From Macrostomum hystrix (Eukaryota > Animalia > Platyhelminthes), in contig CATNEN010000037.1 in the NCBI GenBank assembly GCA_950097015.1, forward strand, positions 3,968,001 to 4,032,000: a DNA stretch of 64,000 nt, written 5' to 3'. This document shows, piece after piece, positions 51,468 to 61,342 of the stretch (positions are counted from its first letter, which is position 1; each line of letters opens with the position of its first letter). Position numbers and translations under genes: made by a program. The notes under the pieces were generated by a model. The model saw only the letters and a list, made by a program, of their open reading frames with translations, had not been told where the DNA came from and ran no database searches.

Positions 51468-51705
51468 TTTAAGCTCAGTGGTTTTTAATTCGGACTCATG
51501 ACCAAGATGTCGTGAGGGATAAGATGTCCCTGAGCAAGACAATTAATTTCACGTTGCTGCGGTTCAACAAACTTCAAAATTTGAATCAGCATCAGCTGGG
51601 GTAGAAACTTAGACGTGTGATTCGGCCCCCAGTCCACGGGCTGAACAGCTGGACGCAGCCTTTGGAATGTGGCCCAACTGGGCTCAGGCTGAATAGAATC
51701 TTGCT
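51468..51705 (+). mobile_element. Diverged tRNA-derived CORE-like SINE copy
   Basis: agctcagtggttt...cggactcatgac head, tgtccctgagcaagacaattaa...ttgctgcggttcaac CORE-like part, gctgggg...cccccagtccacgggctgaacagc 3' motif. Confidence 0.65.
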
Positions 51706-51959
51706 TGAAATTACAAACTCAATACGAGGCGTGGTCGGGTTTCTGGTCGAAATCGATGATCAAACAAGGACGCATTGGCAAGTTGAAATTGCGACTCTGC
51801 TGAGAAGTCAATATGCATTTCTCACTACTGTAAGTAGAAGTGCACATTTAAACGCACTAAATGTGTGTTTGTTGCATTTTTTATCTAGCATCGACTTGGC
51901 AAATTGAAGCATTCTAAAGTTATGGAGTGACTTGGATGTAAAGCTATGACTTCATGAGG

Positions 51960-52295
51960 ATGTACTGGAATGACAGAGGATGTAGTGGAGTAACAGAGGA
52001 TGTAGTGAAGTAACAGAGGATGTAGTGGAGTGACAGAGGATGTAGTGAAGTAACAGAGGATGTAGTGGAGTGACAGAGGATGTAGTGGAGTGACAGAGGA
52101 TGTAGTGGAATGACAGAGGATGTAGTGGAGTGACAGAGGATGTAGTGGAGTGACAGAGGATGTAGTGGAATGACAGAGGATGTAGTGGAGTGACAGAGGA
52201 TGTAGTGGAATGACAGAGGATGTAGTGGAGTGACAGAGGATGTAGTGGAATGACAGAGGATGTAGTGGAATGACAGAGGATGTAGTGGAATGACA
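51960..52295. repeat. 20-bp minisatellite (~17 units)
   Basis: Unit gacagaggatgtagtggagt. Confidence 0.95.
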
Positions 52296-53648
52296 TAGGG
52301 TGGAGGTAATTAGTGAAGTGAAGCTGCTGTCGTAATTCAAAAGTATTTTTACCTTCCACTGCCAACAGCAAAGAAAGCAAAGTAATAAAAAGCTAAAAAA
52401 TCTTGAAAAGAAAATGTGAAGAGTATTTGTGAAAATTTGAAAAATGTGAACAGCTGCTCAATTATCCGCAGCTGTGAGTAGCGACAGAAGTACTACTGGT
52501 TAAATCAAGCCAATTACCTTGTGCACACACATACAGACAGGAGACATTCGTTAAGACAAGTAACTTGAGTCGATGTAAGAAAACTCAACACCAATTTTGT
52601 GTTCTCAGTCGAGTCAAGTTAGCCGCTAGAATCGGATGGATATAAAAGTGAGTTAACTGCTCACAGTGGTTTGCTAACATAAATTGGTGAGAACCAGCAG
52701 ACAGCATTTCTGAAAGTGTGCTGGCAAAATTTCTGTATACATTTTTACTTGAACTATGTTATAGTTTTAAGCTCCACTTGGCTCAGTTATAAGCTTAAAA
52801 AACCATTCTGGGCAAATTTGACTAGAATATGGTGTGAACGGAAAACTCAACGACACAATGGCGAACAGGTGGCCCACTACCTCACATACCGGCTGCAAGA
52901 CCTTCTTATTGACAAGTTTAGGGAGTGAGGCCAAGTCCAAACAAATTGCTGCATCAGAGAGAAAGCTAGGCAGGTTTAGTTCTATGGAAAAACTCAAATT
53001 GGATTTAATTCGATTAAAAACTCCTCTAAAAGTAATGCTTTGGACGCAGTGCTTTTTACCATAGACATCGCGAGCATAGGTTAAAAAAGCAATCAATCGG
53101 GTCCCTATACGCAATTTTGGTTACTGAGCAGTAATAACAAAAACACACTATAGTCTATGGCCAAATCCTCTTTACAGCCCAACTTTTTGGGCAAGTCAAC
53201 AGCATTTAACAAATCTTTACGAGTAATCTGAACCAGAAGACGGCCTATCGGATACTAGCCTCTTTTGTCACGTCAATAGTTCCAATCTCCATGAACTCGT
53301 CTTACATTCTTCAATTTTATACATTGAATTACAATCTTGCACAATGTTATGCAAGATTCGAACTCCTGATCTCTCTCAGTCAGAAATTAAGCTCCCCACC
53401 GGAGAGTATCTTATGGATGGTCACGCGAGCAACACCACCTCACTCTAATTCTTTGGTTGCCAGGGGCTAGCGTGTCGGTCCCGTCCTTTGCTGCAGTTGA
53501 GTAAAAAAGCCAAAATCTTAATTCCTTTCAATAATAGTGTTTTATTTACTTTAACAAAACACGAAATCTGCAATCGTAGTGATGCATTTTTTAGGAAAAT
53601 GACATCAAAATCACAGTAAAACAACACAAGAACAATCCTTTTAGCATC

Positions 53649-54023
53649 CTATTGCCCGGTCTCAAAAATCGCCCTTCTTCGGTAAATTATGAGCATGAGG
53701 TTGGTTAGGGTGGCCTTAACTAGGCAGGCTTGCACAATGCTAAACGACACAGCGAACAACACCTTCATGATGCTGTAGTGCTTCGCAATGCTCGGGTAGC
53801 AGGCAATCAGCCTCTCATTTAGATAGTAGCTTTCGGTGCAGTCGTCGCAGCAGTACAGAAAGGGATTGGGATAGGTAGTGTCCTCCCCGCAGCAGTAGCT
53901 GGGACAGGTGTAGGACACATTTTCCTGGCCGAGAAAGTTGTCGTAGCAGATCTCTTCAGCTCTGCAGACAGCAAGACCGGCGAGGAGCGCTACGGTTGAT
54001 ATGCATATGAAATACTCTGGCAT
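53649..54023 (-). CDS. Small single-pass membrane protein with Shisa/WBP1/VOPP1-like Cys-rich ectodomain
   Basis: From ATG 54023, 124 aa: signal peptide (FICISTVALLAGLAVCRA), C-x12-C-x3-CCG-x11-CC pattern, NVS glycosylation sequon, hydrophobic segment followed by YRRR. Confidence 0.65.
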   Translation of the reverse strand: MPEYFICISTVALLAGLAVCRAEEICYDNFLGQENVSYTCPSYCCGEDTTYPNPFLYCCDDCTESYYLNERLIACYPSIAKHYSIMKVLFAVSFSIVQACLVKATLTNLMLIIYRRRAIFETGQ

Positions 54024-54174
54024 GGTTGAGCATGTGTGATTGAAGCGTTTAGAAAAATACTTCAATAATCAACACACTGTGTGATAGCTGCCAGTTGCAG
54101 GCTGAACCATAGACTAAGTGAGTTAGCTTGAAGCGTTACAGCATACGTATTGAGTCTGAGTTTGAGCTGAAACG

Positions 54175-55052
54175 GTAGCACGATCTATAGCTATAGCCGT
54201 AGCCGGATCTATGGCAATATCCATAGCAGGATCTTTAGCTAAATCCATAGCAGGATCTATAGCTATATCCATAGCAGGATCTATAGCTATATCCATAGCA
54301 GGATCTATAGCTATATCCATAGCAGGATCTATAGCTATATCCATAGCAGGATCTATAGCTATATCCATAGCAGGATCTATAGCTATATCCATAGCAGGAT
54401 CTATAGCTATATCCATAGCAGGATCTATAGCTATATCCATAGCAGGACTATAGCTATATCCATAGCAGGATATGGAGCTAGATCCGTAGCAGGATCTATA
54501 GCTATATCCATAGCAGGATCTATAGCTATATCCATAGCAGGATCTATAGCTATATCCATAGCAGGATCTATAGCTATATCCATAGCAGGATCTATAGCTA
54601 TATCCATAGCAGGACTATAGCTATATCCATAGCAGGATATGAAGCTAGATCCGTAGCAGGATATGTAGCTAGATCCGTAGCAGGATATGAAGCTAGATCC
54701 GTAGCAGGATATGTAGCTAGATCCGTAGCAGGATATGAAGCTAGATCCGTAGCAGGATATGAAGCTAGATCCGTAGCAGGATATGAAGCTAGATCCGTAG
54801 CAGGATATGTAGCTAGATCCGTAGCAGGATATGTAGCTAGATCCGTAGCAGGATATGAAGCTAGATCCGTAGCAGGATATGTAGCTAGATCCGTAGCAGG
54901 ATATGAAGCTAGATCCGTAGCAGGATATGAAGCTAGATCCGTAGCAGGATATGTAGCTAGATCCGTAGCAAGATATGAAGCTAGATCCGTAGCAGGATAT
55001 GTAGCTAGATCCGTAGCAGGATATGAAGCTAGATCCGTAGCTGGATATGAAG
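54175..55052. repeat. 24-bp minisatellite with two sub-domains
   Basis: ctatagctatatccatagcaggat grading into atgaagctagatccgtagcaggat. Confidence 0.95.
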
Positions 55053-55374
55053 CTAACCAGCTATTTATTTGATGCCTTGGAATATCGGCGTAGCTACTAT
55101 ACGTACGCGTGTATTAAGAACAGTGATTCAGTTTGTTGCCAAAAAAGGTAAGTAAAACTGAAAAGCCTGCATTGGTTGGTGAAATTCGCTGAGTATAAAT
55201 TAGCATAAATCGCTGGATAGCATGCGGCAAGTGTTCTTCCCGCTATCCGTTTGGCTACTGGGGCGGCTAGTCGCACGTCAGTTGAGTTAGGATAATCGGT
55301 TGCTATGCGACACTGGCCGTATCTTGTATGCGAATTAAGGCTTGGCTGAGGTCTGTCTAAGCGAGATAATCAAG

Positions 55375-56575
55375 CCTGAGGATGAGGTGAGGGTGGGATT
55401 CTGAGGATGAGGTGAGGGTGGGATTCTGAGGATGAGGAGAGGGTGGGATTCTGAGAATGAGGTGAGGGTGGGATTCTGAGAATGAGGTGAGGGTGGGATT
55501 CTGAGAATGAGGAGAGGGTGGGATCGATTCTGAGAATGAGGTGAGGGTGGGATTCTGAGGATGAGGTGAGGGTGGGATTCTGAGGATGAGGAGAGGGTGG
55601 GATTCTGAGGATGAGGAGAGGGTGGGATTCTAAGGATGAGCAGAGGGTGGGAACTGAGGATGAGGAGAGGGTGAGATCGATTCTGAGAATGAGGTGAGGG
55701 TGGGATTCTGAGAATGAGGTGAGGGTGGGATTCTGAGAATGAGGAGAGGGTGGGATCGATTCTGAGAATGAGGTGAGGGTGGGATTCTGAGAATGAGGTG
55801 AGGGTGGGATTCTGAGAATGAGGAGAGGGTGGGATCGATTCTGAGAATGAGGTGAGGGTGGGATTCTGAGGATGAGGTGAGGGTGGGATTCTGAGGATGA
55901 GGAGAGGGTGGGATTCTGAGGATGAGGAGAGGGTGGGATTCTAAGGATGAGCAGAGGGTGGGAACTGAGGATGAGGAGAGGGTGAGATCGATTCTGAGGA
56001 TGAGGAGAGGGTGGGATTCTAAGGATGAGGAGAGGGTGGGAACTGAGGATGAGGAGAGAGTGCGATTCTGAGGATGAGGAGAGGGTGGGATTCTGAGGAT
56101 GAGGAGAGGGTGGGATCGATTCTGAGGATGAGGAAAGGGTGGGATTCTGAGGATGAGGAGAGGGTGGAATTCTGAGAATGAGGAGAGGGTGGGATTCTGA
56201 GGATGAGGAGAGGGTGGGATTCTGAGGATGAGGAGAGGGTGGGATCGATTCTGAGAATGAGGTGAGGGTGGGATTCTGAGAATGAGGTGAGGGTGGGATT
56301 CTGAGAATGAGGAGAGGGTGGGATTCTGAGGATGAGGAGAGGGTGGGATTCTGAGGATGAGGAGAGGGTGGGATCGATTCTGAGAATGAGGTGAGGGTGG
56401 GATTCTGAGAATGAGGTGAGGGTGGGATTCTGAGAATGAGGTGAGGGTGGGATTCTGAGGATGAGGTGAGGGTGGGATTCTGAGGATGAGGTGAGGGTGG
56501 GATTCTGAGAATGAGGTGAGGGTGGGATTCTGAGAATGAGGTGAGGGTGGGATTCTGAGAATGAGGTGAGATGAG
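55375..56575. repeat. ~25-bp purine-rich minisatellite
   Basis: Unit ctgaggatgaggagagggtgggatt with atcg insertion variants. Confidence 0.95.
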
Positions 56576-57087
56576 GTTGAGATGGAATCTGAAACTTTTG
56601 AATCTTCTGATTCTGATTCTGATTCTGATGAATAACAAATATACTAATTCAGATCCGAGGATGAGGATCAGGTAAAATAAGGAGTCGAACCTGAGTATCA
56701 GTTAGTTGAAGATTAGGCAGACTCTGGAGAAAGGGGAATAGTAAGGAACGGAGCTCCATTGACCCAGAATTTAGACCGCCTGCTGCAGCGCTCATTCTAC
56801 AAGTAGTTGCTGCCCTTTCTCTGGAGGATGGATTATCCCTAAGCGCATGTCTGCCCGTAGCCCTCCCCAAGGTCCTTCATCCAGGATAAACTGTGCTGGA
56901 CGGACAGCGGTGAATCAATCAAATGCAGTAGTAAGCAACGAGTCCAAAAAATAAATCTACCTATCAGTTTCGCGTGCTTTTAGTGACACGCAAGCCATTG
57001 CAGAGTGCCAGACTTTCGGCCTAAAATTACAATAGTAGATTGCTGTGAGCCGCTTGAAAAGTAATCATTAAATTATAAGTATTAGTC

Positions 57088-57510
57088 CTGTCTTAACAGG
57101 TACACATCCCTTCTTAACAGGTACACATCCTTTCTTAACAGGTACACATCCTTTCTTAACAGGTATACATCCTTTCTTAACAGCTATATCCTTTCTTAAC
57201 AGCTATATCCTTTCTTAACAGGTATACATCCTTTCTTAGCAGGTATACATCCTTTCATAGCAGCTATATCCTTTCTTAACAGGTATATCCTTTCTTAACA
57301 GGTATATCCTTTCTTAACAGGTATATCCTTTCTTAACAGGTACATTCTTTCTTAACAGGTATACATCCTTTCTTAACAGGTATATCCTTTCTTAACAGGT
57401 ATATCCTTTCTTAACAGGTATATCCTTTCTTAACAGGTACATCCTCTCTTAATAGGTATACATCCTGTCTTAACATATGTAACACCTGTCTTAACAGGCA
57501 TGCATCCTGT
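57088..57510. repeat. 18-20-bp minisatellite
   Basis: Unit tcctttcttaacaggtata(ca). Confidence 0.9.
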
Positions 57511-58699
57511 ATTCACAGGTAAACATCGATTCTTATATAGTTAGAGAGCCTGTCCCGTCCTGTCCATCTAAAATAGGATAAACGATTAAAAGATACACCT
57601 CCATGATGTGTACTGCCTGTGCGTCTCGGGCCAACATTTTAATACCATTAGTTTTTTAGCAGTTTAGTCAAGATTATAGAGAAAATTATCGTATGCTAGT
57701 TTCTATTACTTTCAATGATCGTCATTTCCTGTCTCATCTCAACCCATTGTCCAATCAGATCACAGCCCGCTTACTCTCTGGGCATCTCTGCAGCCAATGA
57801 GGAGGCATGCGAGCTGGCTATAACTGATCCTGCTCTGCTGGCATCCCTGTCACTGCTCAGGAGAAGTCCCAACAGCAAGATTCAGAAGACAACTCAGGTC
57901 AGCTAGTCTCATAGTTTGCAGTCAGACCAGTTTCTGAGAAAGTGCCACCAAAGAGCACCAACTGCAATAAAAGCGAATTTCATTGCCTGGCTGGTCATCA
58001 AACGCTCATTCTTCGGGTCAGGAGCTAAAGCAGGTGAGCGAGAACAAGTCTCTTGTGGGAACTGGCTCACACCGAATGAGACCAGAAAGCCTCCTATAAA
58101 ACATTAGGCGCATTAGCTTTGAATTAGCTCGACGCGCTGATCAAGCAGGCGCTAACGAATGTCGAATTCCGAGGGCAGGAGCTGTTTCATTAGACTTTAT
58201 TGCTTTTGGCTGTTTATTATGTCAGAATTCATGAAAAGTCAACTTTTTTTTACTTTATCACCCTCATCATGGTGCGACATGATGCCGCCGCAGAGAAGTT
58301 ATTAATATCGGCTGATCCACAATGGGATTCCTTATATCTCCTCATCTCCAAGAAGTTTGCTTAGTACTAAGTGCAGCTTGTTCAACCCATTCTTTGCAAT
58401 ATTTTCACCTTCGTTTGCCACATCAATTCCGCTGACTCTCCGTGATGATTGAATGATTAAAGCCTGTTTGTAAAAATTGAAATTCCGTTTATATTATTTC
58501 AAGGTTGTGATGGATAGAAAATTGTTTAAAATGAAACAAAAACTCAATTCTAAATGACATTCAAGGATGAGATTCTTCTACTAATACCAGTTGATGCATC
58601 ATTTGGATAGTGCAATTTCAGAAACACCGAAAATTAATGCGGAATCGTTTTTCTTTGACAACCAGGAGACTCAAGATATCGCAACAGCCTAAAATTAAC

Positions 58700-59884
58700 A
58701 TGCTCAAGCTGTGCCTGCTTCTACTTCTCACGATGGCCTTGGCGACCCGTGGAATCGCTGCGTCGCACAGGTCAGGAGAACAGTCAGCATCTATCAGCGC
58801 AGTCGATGTGAGCAGGCGAAGCATTTTTTCGGGCGTACTTGGCAAACGAGAGATGCCTAACAGGATAGAAACTCTCCGACTGGAGCAGGGTCAGGCGCGT
58901 GGGCTCGCAGACGGCGATGAGATTGCTGCTTTCCAACAGCCGGCTGAGCCAGAAATGTACTCTGGCCTACTCGGAAAGCGAGCGATGTACTCTGGCCTAC
59001 TCGGAAAGCGAGCGATGTACTCTGGCCTACTCGGAAAGCGAGCGATGTACTCTGGCCTACTCGGAAAGCGAGCGATGTACTCTGGCCTACTCGGAAAACG
59101 AGCGATGTACTCTGGCCTTCTTGGAAAACGAGCGATCTACTCTGGCCTTCTCGGAAAGCGAGCGATGTACTCTGGCCTTCTTGGAAAGCGAGCGATGTAC
59201 TCTGGCCTACTCGGAAAACGAGCGATGTACTCTGGCCTTCTTGGAAAACGAGCGATCTACTCTGGCCTTCTCGGAAAGCGAGCGATGTACTCTGGCCTTC
59301 TTGGAAAGCGAGCGATGTACTCTGGCCTTCTCGGAAAGCGAGAAATGTACTCCGGACTTTTGGGCAAGAGAGCCATTTACTCTGGCCTACTCGGAAAGCG
59401 AGCGATGTACTCTGGCCTTCTTGGAAAGCGAGCGATGCACTCTGGCCTTCTTGGAAAGCGAGCGATGTACTCTGGCCTTCTCGGAAAGCGAGAAATGTAC
59501 TCCGGACATCTTGGAAAGCGAGAAATGTACTCCGGACTTTTGGGCAAGAGAGCCATTTACTCTGGCCTTCTCGGAAAGCGAGCGATGTACTCTGGCCTTC
59601 TTGGAAAGCGAGCGATGTACTCTGGCCTTCTTGGAAAGCGAGCGATGTACTCTGGCCTTCTCGGAAAGCGAGCGATGTACTCTGGCCTTCTTGGAAAGCG
59701 AGCGATGTACTCTGGCCTTCTTGGAAAGCGAGCGATGCACTCTGGCCTTCTTGGAAAGCGAGCGATGTACTCTGGCCTTCTCGGAAAGCGAGAAATGTAC
59801 TCCGGACTTTTGGGCAAGAGAGCCATTTACTCTGGCCTGCTGGGAAAGCGACACGAGCTGCATGCGTATACAGAGGACGACTAG
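58700..59884 (+). CDS. Neuropeptide precursor encoding 30 xxYSGLL-amide-type peptides plus SIFSGVL-amide
   Basis: ATG 58700, signal peptide MLKLCLLLLLTMALATRGIAA, RR-SIFSGVL-GKR, acidic spacer, then exactly 30 x 30-nt units (58952-59851), each ending G-K-R (amidation plus dibasic cleavage), and an acidic tail HELHAYTEDD; 394 aa. Confidence 0.93.
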   Translation: MLKLCLLLLLTMALATRGIAASHRSGEQSASISAVDVSRRSIFSGVLGKREMPNRIETLRLEQGQARGLADGDEIAAFQQPAEPEMYSGLLGKRAMYSGLLGKRAMYSGLLGKRAMYSGLLGKRAMYSGLLGKRAMYSGLLGKRAIYSGLLGKRAMYSGLLGKRAMYSGLLGKRAMYSGLLGKRAIYSGLLGKRAMYSGLLGKRAMYSGLLGKREMYSGLLGKRAIYSGLLGKRAMYSGLLGKRAMHSGLLGKRAMYSGLLGKREMYSGHLGKREMYSGLLGKRAIYSGLLGKRAMYSGLLGKRAMYSGLLGKRAMYSGLLGKRAMYSGLLGKRAMYSGLLGKRAMHSGLLGKRAMYSGLLGKREMYSGLLGKRAIYSGLLGKRHELHAYTEDD

Positions 59885-60038
59885 GGCTGAACAATTCTTA
59901 AAGATCGACAAATTGAAACGAAAACTTGCTTCAGAATGAGGAGTAACCGCTGTCAGCTGTTTAGTGAGTTTCGCGCTGCGATGCACTGCGGCCGTCTTCA
60001 TTGGCCCTTTATAAAGTAGATCTGGCGCTTTTTGCTTA

Positions 60039-60044
60039 AATAAA
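60039..60044 (+). promoter_or_regulatory. Candidate polyadenylation signal of neuropeptide gene
   Basis: AATAAA ~155 nt after the stop. Confidence 0.4.
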
Positions 60045-60204
60045 TAAGTTTGAGCAGAGCTTAACAGATTATTTCAATCCAATGAGCACTGCTAAACTGC
60101 TAAAGGCATAAACTTTTCCATAGGGATTTTGTGAAGTTAAGCTTTCTTTCTTTTCGAGATGACATCAATTATGGTAAATGAGTCAACTGTACAGTCTTCT
60201 GACA

Positions 60205-60588
60205 TGAAGAGCCGCCTAATATACAGTCTTCTGTAATGAAGAGCCCCTAACTATAGTCTTCTGTAATGAAGAGCCTCTAACTATACAGTCTTCTGTAATG
60301 AAGAGCCTCTAACTATACAGTCTTCTGTAATGAAGAGCCTCTAACTATACAGTCTTCTGTAATGAAGAGCCCCTAACTATAGTCTTCTGTAATGAAGAGC
60401 CTCTAACTATACAGTCTTCTGTAATGAAGAGCCTCTAACTATACAGTCTTCTGTAATGAAGAGCCTCTAACTATACAGTCTTCTGTAATGAAGAGCCTCT
60501 AACTATACAGTCTTCTGTAATGAAGAGCCTCTAACTATACAGTCTTCTGTAATGAAGAGCCTCTAACTATACAGTCTTCTGACATGAA
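60205..60588. repeat. 32-bp minisatellite (~12 units)
   Basis: Unit ctatacagtcttctgtaatgaagagcctctaa. Confidence 0.95.
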
Positions 60589-61342
60589 GAGTATTTTGTA
60601 CAGTATTTTGTTGCGAAAAATAGCGAATGGATTCCCACCAATGCTAGGGACAAAGATAAGGAAAGCAATGGAACATATGTTACCATGGCTTATTCGCGAA
60701 TCTAAATTTGACAGAAAAGACAATTTGCTCGAGCGTACAGAATATATTTCAGTCGTGTTTCAGCCCTTCAAAGAACACACACTTGCTTTATTAGCGACAT
60801 ACATAAAAATTAAACTTATAACAAATATGCTTAGCAACTGTGGCTACTGATTAGACGATAATTAATGTGGATTTAAGGAAATTTGTGATGGAAAACTTTG
60901 CAATAATATTATGTCCGAGGAAAAAAGAGAACTAATTATCGAACGAGCTTTGACTAAAAACATGGTGAAACACGGAACAAGAGGTGAAAACAGAAAGCAG
61001 GAAATTATTCAACAGCGAAAAAGATTACGATTGTTTCTAGTGCCTAAGATACTTCGTAATTTTTATTGATGAAGCTTCATTACTATAATAAGAACCAAAA
61101 AGTAAAGCCCAAACGCTGCTACTACTACTCTCTAGTCCCAAGGACAGCTAGTAGTAAAGTTCTAGTTAAAATGGAAATTTTTAGAAAATACAGAATATAA
61201 AAAGGCAAATTGAAAATGTAGTGAAGTCGGGATGAAAAGTAAACGGATTATTTTTTTTCACATTTTTTCTTAAACCGAAAAGAATTAGTTCATCAGGTAA
61301 GTTAATAAAGGTTCGCGTATCTTGTTAAGAATAGGTCAGCAT

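Noticed and set aside
52767-53114. 115-aa ORF between the channel and the Shisa-like gene
   Set aside because: AT-rich, no motif or codon bias like the real exons, and no splice link established.
53350-53405. B-box-like gattcgaactcc fragment
   Set aside because: Too short, with no recognisable A-box or SINE body.
58857-60001. Alternative-frame and antisense ORFs over the neuropeptide repeat
   Set aside because: By-products of the 30-nt repeat; only the GKR frame has a signal peptide and processing sites.
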